Source of the DNA: Patescibacteria group bacterium
GTDB taxonomy: Bacteria; Patescibacteriota; Patescibacteriia; SG8-24; DYFX01
DNA length: 64,000 nt
Direction: 5' to 3'
NCBI GenBank assembly: GCA_041659045.1
Contig: JBAZZB010000001.1
Span: 262,111 to 326,110 of the forward strand
Shown in pieces: positions 1-9,626 of this stretch. Made by a program: the position numbers and the translations under genes. Under the pieces are notes generated by a model, which made no database searches, was not told the DNA's origin, and was given only the letters and a program-made list of their open reading frames with translations. Each line of letters starts with the position of its first letter. The first letter of the stretch is position 1.

Positions 1-2
1 CG

Positions 3-545
3 ATCAGTACTTGCGGTATCGTGCCGGGAATTCTTCGGTTGGCCGACGAACCGATGCAGGTGAACCTCGCAATTTCGCTCCATGCGCCGAATGATGAATT
101 GCGCTCCAAGCTCATGCCGGTCAACAAAGCGTATCCGCTCGCGAAATTGTTTGATGCGATTAAAACGTACGTGCAAAAAAGCGGACGAAAAGTCATGTTC
201 GAATATCTTCTGATCGACGGCGTCAACGATTCGCCGCAGATCGCCGACGAATTGGCCGACTTGCTGATTCGCGAGAATCCGGAAGGCAAGAATCGTCCGA
301 CGGGTCTGTATCACGTAAACCTCATCAAGTACCACACGACGGACGTTTCTGCCTCAGCCGCTGAACGGTTCGGTCTGCCGATCGATCCGAAGTCGGGCAC
401 GGGCACATTTCCGTCGTCTCCGGTCGACCGACGTAAGGCCTTCATGCAGGTGCTCGAGGAACGCGGAATCTCGGTCACGCATCGCATCACGTTCGGTGAA
501 GATATCGACGCGGCCTGCGGACAACTTGCAAACAAAGAGGCCTAA
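3..545 (+). CDS. rlmN: RlmN/Cfr-family radical SAM rRNA methyltransferase (5' partial)
   Basis: ISTCG, LAISLHAP, FEYLLIDGVND and DIDAACGQL motifs; frame is open to the window edge. Confidence 0.9.
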   Translation: MSTCGIVPGILRLADEPMQVNLAISLHAPNDELRSKLMPVNKAYPLAKLFDAIKTYVQKSGRKVMFEYLLIDGVNDSPQIADELADLLIRENPEGKNRPTGLYHVNLIKYHTTDVSASAAERFGLPIDPKSGTGTFPSSPVDRRKAFMQVLEERGISVTHRITFGEDIDAACGQLANKEA

Positions 546-605
546 CAGCTAAGGTGCCGTTAGGTCTTTTCGTTCTGAGAAGGCTGTTCAAGATAGGAGG
601 TACTG

Positions 606-1886
606 ATGGCTGCGAGACACCCTCGGGGCCGGAAGGCTCCCAAGCGCAAGCATGGCCGCTACAAGATCCGCGGCAAGTGGATCACGGTCGAGTACTTCAG
701 AGGATACGAGCTTCGGCACACGCAGCCGGATCTCGACATCTTCTTCTGGAACGGCGACGGCAGCCTGATCGGAGAGTCCGTCAAACGGAACACGCTCTGG
801 CTCGACGTGGCCTACCGCGCCGAAGAGGCGTTCATGGTGCGGGTCTACGAGATCCAAACCATGCGCAAGTGGAGCAAGAGCGGCGACAACAAGCGTTGTC
901 CGCCGTATCAGCACCAGCGCGAGGAGTTGAAGCAGAAGTTGTGTTTGCCCGGACCGGTGCCGGACTTTGTCGTGAGTAAGACGCACGACGAAGCTCGGCA
1001 ACTCGATATCTGGCACGTGCGCGGAGACATCATCCGCCAGTACCACGACCCGCACTTTGTCTTCGGCGGTCACGACCTGGTCTATGCCTACGTTCCGAAG
1101 CGGACGGTCTTCATCGACGTCTGTCAGGACGAGCGCGAGATCCCATACAGCTTGCATCACGAGATCGTGGAACGCGAGCTGATGGAGAAGGGTTGGACCT
1201 ACAACCGAGCGCATGCGCGAGCTATCCGCGCCGAACTCACGGTTCGACTCGAGGAGTATCGATTGAAGAATCCACCGACTCCGAAGCCGGAACCACTACC
1301 TCTGGTCGCGATCGGCCAAGAGACGGATGCTGGTTGCGGTCCCACGAGCGAGAAGATGCTGCTCGACTTCGATGACGTGCTTGATCCGGATACGGGAAAG
1401 CCGTTCACGGAGGAGAAGCTCATCGTGCTCAGCGAGTGCGATCCCGAGCTTGGCACGGATCACGCTCCGCTCGTGAAGGCGACGCAGAAGATCGTCGGTG
1501 ACGCCTTCACGCATGGTGAGAGCGGCACCATCCGCATGCTGCGCCGCGTCGTTCTTAAGGAACGTCGGCCTGTCATGGTTGGTTGGTGGAGTGGTCCGCA
1601 CCATACGTCCGAAGAGGTGCGCGCTGATCCCGAACTGGACGAAGGGCATTATTGCGTCGTGAAGCACATCACGCGCACACATGTCATTCTCGCCGACCCC
1701 TGGATCATCGACGATGATTCTGAGGAAGGCGGCGCTCCCGGCGACAACAAGATCCCCATCAAGGAGTTCTTGGAACGCTGGTACGACATGGACGGTACCC
1801 CCACACCCACGGACCCCGGCTTCCACATCGTGCGCGGCTGGTTCCTCTTCCTCCACGCCAAGCCCCTCAAACCGAAAAGCGACTGA
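606..1886 (+). CDS. Hypothetical protein: HExxE metallopeptidase-like domain fused to a C39-like cysteine peptidase
   Basis: HHEIVE...AH motif; QETDAGCG...GHY...ADPW (Q-C-H-D) pattern; AGGAGG SD at 595-600. Confidence 0.6.
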   Translation: MAARHPRGRKAPKRKHGRYKIRGKWITVEYFRGYELRHTQPDLDIFFWNGDGSLIGESVKRNTLWLDVAYRAEEAFMVRVYEIQTMRKWSKSGDNKRCPPYQHQREELKQKLCLPGPVPDFVVSKTHDEARQLDIWHVRGDIIRQYHDPHFVFGGHDLVYAYVPKRTVFIDVCQDEREIPYSLHHEIVERELMEKGWTYNRAHARAIRAELTVRLEEYRLKNPPTPKPEPLPLVAIGQETDAGCGPTSEKMLLDFDDVLDPDTGKPFTEEKLIVLSECDPELGTDHAPLVKATQKIVGDAFTHGESGTIRMLRRVVLKERRPVMVGWWSGPHHTSEEVRADPELDEGHYCVVKHITRTHVILADPWIIDDDSEEGGAPGDNKIPIKEFLERWYDMDGTPTPTDPGFHIVRGWFLFLHAKPLKPKSD

Positions 1887-1890
1887 CCCC

Positions 1891-1917
1891 CCCTGCATCC
1901 ACCGGTGCAGGGTTTTT
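1891..1917 (+). terminator. Intrinsic terminator
   Basis: CCCTGCATC/GGTGCAGGG stem followed by a T-tract after the stop codon. Confidence 0.7.
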
Positions 1918-1963
1918 CTCTTGCTTCATTTCGGCCTCTGTGTTACCTTTTGCCCAAGAACGT

Positions 1964-2836
1964 ATGCGAAAGACCTCTCTGAATGTTATTGGCATCATGG
2001 GCCTCGGCATGGTTGGCGGAGCTCTTTTTCGGTATTTCGAAAAAAACCGCGGCCTTGTTCCGGGCGAAACCCTGGTCGGCTACGACCCGATGAAGCCTGG
2101 CTACCAGGATGTTGAACCGCTGCAGAAAGCCGAGGTTGTCTTTATCGGTGTTCCAACTCCGTACCTCACGGGTGAAGACGGAAAAATCGGTTTTGACGAG
2201 TCGTATGTCCGCGCCGCTATCGAAGCGCTTCGTGATCCGAAGATTGTCGTCATCAAGTCGACGGTGCTTCCCGGTACGACCGAACGCATGCAGAAGGATT
2301 ACCCGCAACACAAGTTCCTGTTCAACCCGGAATTCCTGACGGAAATTTCCGCGGATCAAGACATGAATTACCCCGATCGCCAATTGATCGGTACGACGGA
2401 AGAATCGTATAACGTCGCGCTCGACGTCATGCATCTTCTGCCGATGGCTCCCTTCGAACGCGTCATGCGCGCCCGCGAGGCCGAGATGGTCAAGTACTAC
2501 AGCAACACCTGGTTCTCGACGAAGGTCGTTTTTGCCAACCAGATGTACGACCTCTGCCAGGCGCTTGAAGTCGAGTACGACGTCGTCAAAGAAGGTGCCG
2601 CCGCCGACAAGCGCATCGGACGCACGCACCTCGAAGTGTTTCACAAAGGTTATCGCGGTTACGGTGGTAAGTGCCTGCCGAAAGATACACGCGCGCTCAT
2701 CCAGCTCGGCGACCAGCTCGGCGTCGAGATGGCGCTTCTGAAACGCGTCGAGGAACTGAACAATGCGCTCGTGGAAGCCCGTGCTGAAAAGAAAGTGGCA
2801 GAGCAGGCGCAGGAAAAAGCGCCGCAACCGGCATGA
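1964..2836 (+). CDS. UDP-glucose/GDP-mannose dehydrogenase family protein (short form)
   Basis: GLGMVG, VPTP, KSTVLPGT, NPEFL and GYGGKCLPKD motifs. Confidence 0.9.
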   Translation: MRKTSLNVIGIMGLGMVGGALFRYFEKNRGLVPGETLVGYDPMKPGYQDVEPLQKAEVVFIGVPTPYLTGEDGKIGFDESYVRAAIEALRDPKIVVIKSTVLPGTTERMQKDYPQHKFLFNPEFLTEISADQDMNYPDRQLIGTTEESYNVALDVMHLLPMAPFERVMRAREAEMVKYYSNTWFSTKVVFANQMYDLCQALEVEYDVVKEGAAADKRIGRTHLEVFHKGYRGYGGKCLPKDTRALIQLGDQLGVEMALLKRVEELNNALVEARAEKKVAEQAQEKAPQPA

Positions 2837-2840
2837 AACG

Positions 2841-2876
2841 ATAGACCTTGAACGGTCTATTTTTTCATGCTAGCCT
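2841..2876 (+). promoter_or_regulatory. Terminator hairpin overlapping the mnmA sigma70 promoter
   Basis: ATAGACC/GGTCTAT plus T-tract; TTGAAC (in the loop)-17 nt-TAGCCT; ATG 8 nt downstream. Confidence 0.6.
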
Positions 2877-2884
2877 GATGCGTT

Positions 2885-3967
2885 ATGTGGCAGAACACCG
2901 GCAAACCTAAAGTACTGGTCGGCATGTCTGGCGGCGTGGATTCTTCCGTGGCCGCGTCGTTGTTATTGGATCAGGGCTACGACGTGGTCGGTGCCTTCAT
3001 GAAGAATTGGTCGGACACCAAGGATCCAAAGACGGGGGAGTGCGCTTGGAAGGAGGAGCGCCGCGATGCGATGCGCGTGGCCGCGCAACTCGGCATTCCG
3101 TTTCTGACGTTCGATTTTGAAAAAGAATACAACGAAGTTGTCGTTGCGTATTTGTATCGTGAATACGCCGCCGGACGCACGCCGAATCCGGACGTCATGT
3201 GTAATCGCGTCGTGAAGTTTGACCTCTTCTTGAAAGAGGCGCTGAAGGCCGGCGCTGACTTCATTGCTACGGGTCACTACGCGCGCGTCGCCAAAAAAAC
3301 TGACGGTTCGTTTGCGCTGCTTGCCGGGCTCGACCGTGCCAAAGATCAGTCCTACTTCGTCTTTTCGCTCGGGCAGGAGCAATTGAAGCATGTGCTCTTC
3401 CCCGTTGGCGATCTCGATAAGCGCGATGTGCGTGCGTATGCGCGCGCTAAGGGTCTCGACACGGCCGAGAAAAAAGATTCCCAGGGCATTTGTTTTATCG
3501 GCCAAGTTGAAATTCGTGATTTCTTGAAGCGCGTGTTGAAACCAAAACCTGGTGACATTGTAACGACTGATGGAAAAGTGATCGGAAAACATGACGACGC
3601 GCAGGCGTTCACGCTTGGACAGCGCCACGGACTTGGCGTCGGTGGCGGCGTACCGTATTATGTTTCCGGAATTGACGTTACGAATGGCATCGTTACGGTC
3701 GCAGAGGGCGCCGATCACCCGGCATTGTTCAAGCAAAAACTTGAGGCGGGGGAGTGGCATTGGGTTTCCGGTCATGCGCCCGTTACGCCACTGTACGCGC
3801 GGGCCCGTATTCGCTACCGCCAACCACTTCAAGACTGCGAAGCGCACGCCACGAAAACAGGATACGAACTTCGCTTCGCCAAACCGCAGCGCGCCGTCAC
3901 GCCAGGACAATTTGCCGTGCTCTACGACGGCGACGAGGTACTCGGCGGCGGCGTCATCGAAAAATAA
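2885..3967 (+). CDS. mnmA: tRNA 2-thiouridylase MnmA
   Basis: SGGVDS, TPNPDVMCN, ATGHYAR, KDQSYF and DSQGICF motifs. Confidence 0.97.
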   Translation: MWQNTGKPKVLVGMSGGVDSSVAASLLLDQGYDVVGAFMKNWSDTKDPKTGECAWKEERRDAMRVAAQLGIPFLTFDFEKEYNEVVVAYLYREYAAGRTPNPDVMCNRVVKFDLFLKEALKAGADFIATGHYARVAKKTDGSFALLAGLDRAKDQSYFVFSLGQEQLKHVLFPVGDLDKRDVRAYARAKGLDTAEKKDSQGICFIGQVEIRDFLKRVLKPKPGDIVTTDGKVIGKHDDAQAFTLGQRHGLGVGGGVPYYVSGIDVTNGIVTVAEGADHPALFKQKLEAGEWHWVSGHAPVTPLYARARIRYRQPLQDCEAHATKTGYELRFAKPQRAVTPGQFAVLYDGDEVLGGGVIEK

Positions 3968-3994
3968 AAGAGCTCCCAAGCGGGAGCTTTATTT
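3964..3994. terminator. Bidirectional terminator
   Basis: AGCTCCC/GGGAGCT stem flanked by A and T tracts between convergent genes. Confidence 0.7.
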
Positions 3995-5140
3995 GTAACC
4001 AATCTTGCGGAGCATGACGTCCGGGTCCCAGCCCTCGGGCGCGGTGCGGCGGGTTGCGATGCTGTAGAGATCGTTGCCGATCTTCTTGGCGGTCTGGCCG
4101 CTGTCGTGCAGATGCGAGACCCAGTCCTTCGGCCACCAGTTCGGATCACAGCTTCCTGCGCCCATCATGGCACCGACCATTGCTGCGACCGTGTCGGTGT
4201 CACCACCAGCGTTGATCGCTTCAAGCACGGCGGCCGTTGGTTCGGGATCCTCGCAGTGGCGGTACCAGATCGCGATCGCGAGCGGAATCGTCGTCAGTGC
4301 ATCAGCAATATCTCCGCTCCCGAACGCCCAGAGCGCTTCCGGATCGCCGCTCAATCGCAGCGCGTGCTTGAGCGCGTCTGAGAAACGTACTTCGTCGACG
4401 TGCTGCAAGCGGTAGAGGTGCTCGGCTTGTTCGACGCGTTCGATCAACTGCAGAAAGATACCTTCGGGGCTGTAGGACAATCCTCCTGCGACGATCCAAG
4501 CAACGGCGTACGCGGCGATCGAGCAGACAGGATCGGCATGTGTCATTCGCCCGTACTGCATGATCGTTTCGAGCGCCACTCCGTTGTCGAAGCTGTTGCG
4601 CAAGCCCAGGAAGAGTGCCAGCGCCGGAACCTTCATTCCCACGCCATTCCCGCGACTCTTCCAAGCCCGATGCGGCGCGGGGTGCGCCGGATTGCGCGGT
4701 ATCGCCTTGGCCCAGAGTTCTGCGTTCTTCAGGTTGCCCTTGAAGTTCGGCGGCTTGATGATGCCACGTGCCCGCGCGCGGTACCACTTGTCGTGTTCGA
4801 AGAGTGAAAACTTGGTCGTGCCGCCCCAGCCCGCGACGTCGTTCCACAGGGCGTAGAGGTGATGCAACACCTGCAGCTCGTGATCGTAGGTGCCAGCCTG
4901 GATCAAGGCGTCGGCGGTTGCGTTGAAGAGCTGGCTGTCGTCCGTCGTCGAGCCCGGCAAAAGATCGCGTGTATCCGGAAGCTTCCGCGGCAGAACGAGG
5001 CCGGGCATGGGTCCGGTAATGCCGGTTCCTCCAGTGCCAGAGAGAATCAGTTCTCGTGACAGGCATTCCACGGGCATGCCGAGCGTATCGCCCAAGTGCA
5101 GGCCCGTAGCACTATTGATCACCCGCTGCTTGATGCGCAT
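3989..5140 (-). CDS. ADP-ribosylglycohydrolase family protein
   Basis: GDTLGMPVE, TTDDS, GNGVGM and GGDTDTVAAMVGA motifs; GAGGT SD before ATG at 5140. Confidence 0.9.
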   Translation of the reverse strand: MRIKQRVINSATGLHLGDTLGMPVECLSRELILSGTGGTGITGPMPGLVLPRKLPDTRDLLPGSTTDDSQLFNATADALIQAGTYDHELQVLHHLYALWNDVAGWGGTTKFSLFEHDKWYRARARGIIKPPNFKGNLKNAELWAKAIPRNPAHPAPHRAWKSRGNGVGMKVPALALFLGLRNSFDNGVALETIMQYGRMTHADPVCSIAAYAVAWIVAGGLSYSPEGIFLQLIERVEQAEHLYRLQHVDEVRFSDALKHALRLSGDPEALWAFGSGDIADALTTIPLAIAIWYRHCEDPEPTAAVLEAINAGGDTDTVAAMVGAMMGAGSCDPNWWPKDWVSHLHDSGQTAKKIGNDLYSIATRRTAPEGWDPDVMLRKIGYK

Positions 5141-5273
5141 GGAAACCTCGTTTTGCAGGAGTTGGTGGAAAGAGCGAAGGCTTGACCCTAGCATCAGAAC
5201 TTGACCGCGTCAACGTAAGATTTTCACGTCTCGCTCGTCGATATGCTACAGTAGCTCTTGAAGAATATTTCTC

Positions 5274-5513
5274 ATGCGACGCGTCCTTCATTTCGCCCGC
5301 CGCAATAAATTCCTGATTCTCGCCACAGCACTTCTTATGGTTGGTGCGGGTTGCGTTGGCGCTGCACGAGAAGCGGGTGATCAGCTCACAGAAGACGCTT
5401 TGAAACCAATCACGGTACCAGTTGATGCATATCAACGTGCTGTCGATGCGGCTTCTGCGACGGAAACACTCAACCGCGCACGCATCGACCAAGCTGGAGG
5501 ACTCGGTCAATAA
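5274..5513 (+). CDS. Small exported protein or lipoprotein (GAGC signal)
   Basis: Basic N-terminus, hydrophobic helix, VGAGC. Confidence 0.6.
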   Translation: MRRVLHFARRNKFLILATALLMVGAGCVGAAREAGDQLTEDALKPITVPVDAYQRAVDAASATETLNRARIDQAGGLGQ

Positions 5514-5540
5514 AAAAGCCCAGCCGAACGGCTGGGTTCT
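5512..5540. terminator. Terminator between convergent genes
   Basis: A-tract next to a CCCAGCC/GGCTGGG stem. Confidence 0.7.
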
Positions 5541-5545
5541 GTGTT

Positions 5546-6145
5546 CTACGGACCGCAGTCCTGCGCGACGTAGGCGCAGCTCGCGGGACAACCGATGGGC
5601 GGGCTGCTGTAGCAGACGCCGTCGGCCGGGCAGAAGAAGGGGAAAGAGGCGGGGCACTCTTGGAAGATGCCGTTGCAGCAGTTGGCCCAGCTGCTGTTGT
5701 TGCCGCAGCGCCAGTTGTTGCCGTTGCAGACAAACGCGTAGCCGGAGCAGTTGGTACCGGGTGTCCAACAGACGTTGTCGCCCGGGCAATCGACGGGGAA
5801 GTTCGGGTTCGTGCACGTGCCGCAGTCGCCCGGACAGCTCGTCGAGCTCTCGCCGCTCTCACAGGAGCCGTTGCCGCAGACCGGGCCGTTCTGGCCGCAA
5901 TCCGCGGGACAGTTCTGGGCGTTCTCGCCGTCCGATGATCGGCAGAAGCCGTCGCCACACGGGTCGTCGGACGCACAGTCCTCCGAGCAGTTGAACTCGT
6001 TCTCGCCGTCGGCGATCTCGCAGACGCCGTCGCCGCAGACGTAGCTGCCGTCATCGTCGTCGCTGGGACAGCCGGAGAGGAAGATCGTGAACGCCAGGCA
6101 CGCGAACGGGAAGATCGAAACTCGCATTCCGTAGAAAGATCGCAT
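5546..6145 (-). CDS. Cysteine-rich lipoprotein
   Basis: LSGC lipobox; three CGD/NGxC...E...CxxDC repeats; AGGAGG SD; own TTGACA promoter. Confidence 0.75.
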   Translation of the reverse strand: MRSFYGMRVSIFPFACLAFTIFLSGCPSDDDDGSYVCGDGVCEIADGENEFNCSEDCASDDPCGDGFCRSSDGENAQNCPADCGQNGPVCGNGSCESGESSTSCPGDCGTCTNPNFPVDCPGDNVCWTPGTNCSGYAFVCNGNNWRCGNNSSWANCCNGIFQECPASFPFFCPADGVCYSSPPIGCPASCAYVAQDCGP

Positions 6146-6200
6146 AGCACCTCCTGAGGGTTGAGCGGGAACAAGATGTCACACGAAATCGTTTTTGTCA

Positions 6201-6260
6201 AGAAACAAAGAGCGCACCCGGACGGCATGAGCGAGAGGCTCTTTGCCGCGCGGGTGCGCG
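6201..6260 (-). repeat. ~60-bp hairpin repeat, copy 1 (terminator-like)
   Basis: Near-identical to 14907-14969; GCGCACCCG/CGGGTGCGC stem with a U-rich tail on the minus strand. Confidence 0.85.
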
Positions 6261-6269
6261 TGTTGAGGC

Positions 6270-6791
6270 TTACAGCCGGCAGGAGAACATGGGGAAGTAG
6301 CAGGAGTTGCCGGTGCCGTATGCGCAGTCGCTTCGGTTCACGACGCATGCCTGGCTGTTGGGACACCAGTACGGCGTCTCGACGGGGCACCAGAAGATGT
6401 CCGAGTCGTTAGGGCCGCTGTCACAGCAGTTCCAGGCGACGTCCGCCGAGGGGCAGCGTTCGCGGCCCGAGTGACAGACGTTCGGTGGGACCGGCAGGTC
6501 GCAGTCGGTTCCGGCGACGTTGCACTCGATCGCGTCGCCCTCGCAGTACACGGGATGAGCCGGGTCGTTGAGGCAGACGCCGCTGCAGTCCTCGCTGCAG
6601 TTGCCGATGTCCTCACCGGGATCGCAGATGCCGTTGCTGCAGGTGCCTCCGGTGCTCGAGTCGGGCATGGTGCCCGCGTCCGGATCCGGATCGGTACAGC
6701 CGCTGGTCTGGGTGCAGTTGTCGTCGTCGTTGGTACAGGCGACGACAGTGAAGGCAACGAACAGGGAGAAGAGAGTGGTCAAGGTGCGCAT
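6270..6791 (-). CDS. Cysteine-rich lipoprotein, paralog of 5546-6145
   Basis: VVAC lipobox; CSNGICDPGE..NCSEDC; shared C-terminal cysteine pattern; GGAGG SD. Confidence 0.75.
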   Translation of the reverse strand: MRTLTTLFSLFVAFTVVACTNDDDNCTQTSGCTDPDPDAGTMPDSSTGGTCSNGICDPGEDIGNCSEDCSGVCLNDPAHPVYCEGDAIECNVAGTDCDLPVPPNVCHSGRERCPSADVAWNCCDSGPNDSDIFWCPVETPYWCPNSQACVVNRSDCAYGTGNSCYFPMFSCRL

Positions 6792-6965
6792 GGAAACCTC
6801 CGGATGGACGCTTTTGTTTCTACGCCCCTTCCGGGGCTCTTTTGCCCCTCATGGGTTAGAAACAGGCTATCACATTTCAGGGGTTTTGTCAAGATTCCGC
6901 GGTGGTCAGTGTGAATAAAAAAAAGCGCATTGGAGTGTCAGTCCAATGCGGAAGGGGTGGGGTGT

Positions 6966-7574
6966 TTAGAGGCAGTCGCGAATGGCGCAGGCGTCCTCGA
7001 CGTCCTTGACCGTCCAGGTCACGCTCTCGTGCTTCGAGACCATGTTCTGGCCCGAGCCCGTGTCGGCATGCTCCATGCCGAACGCGTGGCCGAGCTCATG
7101 CTCGACAACGCCCTGGACCATCCAGGTGCATGGCCAGCCCACGGGCGTGCCGGGAAGATGACAGCTGCCGTCGGGGCTGTCGCTGAAGAGAACGATGTCG
7201 TCGTTCTCGTCGAACAGTCCGGCCTTCTTCTGCTCGACCTTGTAGGTCTGCCAGAGATCCTGGCCGTAGGCGCTCGGGTAGCCGTCGTACACGATATAGA
7301 AGCAGTGGCGGCCGTCGCCGATGTCGCTCTCGTCGTAGACGTTCTCGTCCGGCAGGATGCCGGCGAGATGGAACGGCTTCGCACCGGACACGAGCGTGAT
7401 CTTGGAGTTGATATCCAGGACCCCGTCGTCGATGTGCTCGAGCTGAGCGGGAAGCCAGTCGCCGCAGGCATAGACATCGGCAGTGCGGCCGTTCTGGATC
7501 TCCTCGTACCCTTGGTCGCAGCCAACCGAGAGTGCCATCATGCACAGAGACAGAATCAGGGTGAGTGCCTTCAT
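6966..7574 (-). CDS. Lipoprotein with matrixin-like zinc metalloprotease domain
   Basis: SVGC lipobox; HELGHAFGMEH followed by a Met-turn; AGGAGG SD. Confidence 0.8.
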   Translation of the reverse strand: MKALTLILSLCMMALSVGCDQGYEEIQNGRTADVYACGDWLPAQLEHIDDGVLDINSKITLVSGAKPFHLAGILPDENVYDESDIGDGRHCFYIVYDGYPSAYGQDLWQTYKVEQKKAGLFDENDDIVLFSDSPDGSCHLPGTPVGWPCTWMVQGVVEHELGHAFGMEHADTGSGQNMVSKHESVTWTVKDVEDACAIRDCL

Positions 7575-7759
7575 GGTGACCTCCTGGCCTTATGGCCGCG
7601 TTGTGGGTTGTGTTGTGGAGAAAATGAGATGAGCGCACCCCGCTAGGGGATGATGTGGTGTATGCTAGCATAAAATAGCGGTTTTGTCAACCTGTAAGCC
7701 CTCGCGCAGGCCTTGCCAACCATCCCGAAAACCGCTACAGTTTTTCACTGAGAACCCCC

Positions 7760-9625
7760 ATGACAACCAACGAAATCCGCGCAAAATTTTTGGAATTTTT
7801 TAAAGAGAAGGGTCACGCCGTGATCCCGTCGGCTTCTTTGATACCCGAAAATGATCCGACGGTGCTTTTTACGACCGCTGGCATGCACCCGCTCGTGCCG
7901 TACCTTTTGGGGGAGAAACACCCGGCCGGCACGCGCCTCGTCGATGTGCAGAAGTGCGTTCGCACCGGTGATATCGACGAAGTCGGCGACAACCGCCACC
8001 TCACCTTTTTCGAGATGCTCGGCAACTGGTCGCTCGGCGATTATTTCAAGCGCGAGTCGATCACGTGGTCGTTTGAATTCCTCACCTCGCCACGCTGGCT
8101 GAATCTCGATCCGGGACGCATCTACGTCACGGTCTTCGAAGGCGACGCCGACGCGCCGCGCGATTTGGAATCCGTTTCCATGTGGCAAGACGCCTATCAG
8201 TCGCGTGGTATCGAAGCGCGTTTTAACGAGCGCATCTTCGCGTATCCGAAAGATAAAAACTGGTGGGGTCCCGCCGGCATGACGGGTCCGTGCGGTCCCG
8301 ACACCGAAATTTTTTGGGACACCGGGCGCACACATGACATGCGTTACGGTATTGAGTGTCATCCGAACTGCGACTGCGGACGCTTCATTGAGATCTGGAA
8401 CAACGTCTTCATGGAGTACAACAAGACTCCCGGAGCCACGTTCGAGCCGCTCGCACAGAAGAACGTCGACACCGGTATGGGTCTCGAACGTGTTGTCGCC
8501 GTGCTTCAGGGCAAGTCGACCGTTTTCGAAACCGAAAATTTTGGAACACTGCTTGCAACGGTTGGTAGCATCAGCGGCAAGAAGTATGGCGAGAGCGAGG
8601 AGCACGATCGCGTCATGCGTATCGTCGTCGATCATGTGCGTACCGCTGCGTTCATGATCGGTGACCCGCGCGGCATCACGCCGTCGAACGTCGATCAGGG
8701 CTATATTCTTCGTCGCCTGATTCGCCGTGCCGTTCGCTATGGACGTCAGCTCGGTATTGATGGTTTCTTCACGTCAAAAATCGCTGAAAAAGTCATTGAG
8801 CTGTTCCGTGACGCCTACCCGGAACTCGAAAAGAACCGCGACCGCATCATCGGCGAACTCGACGCCGAAGAAGACAAGTTCATGCGCACGCTGCAAAACG
8901 GCCTGCGCGAAGTCGAGAAAGTCAAAGCGCAATTCGAATCTTCGCCATTCATTCCAGGCGAGACAGCCTTCTATTTGTACGAATCGTTCGGCTTCCCTAA
9001 GGAACTTACGGAAGAAACGATCGGCAAGAAAGTCGACGAATCGGAATGGGAAAAAGCGATGAAGGCGCATCAGGATTTGTCGCGCCAAGGTGCCGAGAAA
9101 AAATTCAAAGGCGGCCTCGCCGACCATTCGTGGGAAACGACGCGTCTTCACACGGCCACGCACTTGCTGCACAAGGCACTGCGTATGGTGCTTGGCGAAC
9201 ACGTCGAACAAAAAGGTTCCAATATCACTGCCGAACGCTTGCGTTTCGATTTCTCGCATCCGACGAAAATGACGCCGGAGGAAATCAAGAAGACGGAAGA
9301 CTTGGTGAACGAAGCCATCGCGCGCGACTTGCCCGTGCACTTCCAAGAAATGACGGTTGACGAAGCGAAGAGCGGGGGAGCCATCGGTCTCTTCGAAGAT
9401 CGCTACGGCGACAAGGTGAAAGTGTACGTCGTTGGTGATTATTCAAAAGAAATCTGCGGCGGCCCGCACGTGCGCCATACGGCACAGGTCGGACGCTTCA
9501 AGATTCAGAAAGAAGAAGCGTCCTCTTCAGGCATTCGCCGTATCAAGGCTGTTGTCGAAGCAATTCTGCCCGACGGTTCCTCACCGACCGCTGCCGAAAC
9601 CGAACCGGCCGGAGCCAAAGAATAA
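7760..9625 (+). CDS. alaS: Alanine--tRNA ligase (short form without C-Ala domain)
   Basis: [32 protein letters not shown] and EICGGPHV motifs. Confidence 0.97.
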   Translation: MTTNEIRAKFLEFFKEKGHAVIPSASLIPENDPTVLFTTAGMHPLVPYLLGEKHPAGTRLVDVQKCVRTGDIDEVGDNRHLTFFEMLGNWSLGDYFKRESITWSFEFLTSPRWLNLDPGRIYVTVFEGDADAPRDLESVSMWQDAYQSRGIEARFNERIFAYPKDKNWWGPAGMTGPCGPDTEIFWDTGRTHDMRYGIECHPNCDCGRFIEIWNNVFMEYNKTPGATFEPLAQKNVDTGMGLERVVAVLQGKSTVFETENFGTLLATVGSISGKKYGESEEHDRVMRIVVDHVRTAAFMIGDPRGITPSNVDQGYILRRLIRRAVRYGRQLGIDGFFTSKIAEKVIELFRDAYPELEKNRDRIIGELDAEEDKFMRTLQNGLREVEKVKAQFESSPFIPGETAFYLYESFGFPKELTEETIGKKVDESEWEKAMKAHQDLSRQGAEKKFKGGLADHSWETTRLHTATHLLHKALRMVLGEHVEQKGSNITAERLRFDFSHPTKMTPEEIKKTEDLVNEAIARDLPVHFQEMTVDEAKSGGAIGLFEDRYGDKVKVYVVGDYSKEICGGPHVRHTAQVGRFKIQKEEASSSGIRRIKAVVEAILPDGSSPTAAETEPAGAKE

Positions 9626-9626
9626 T

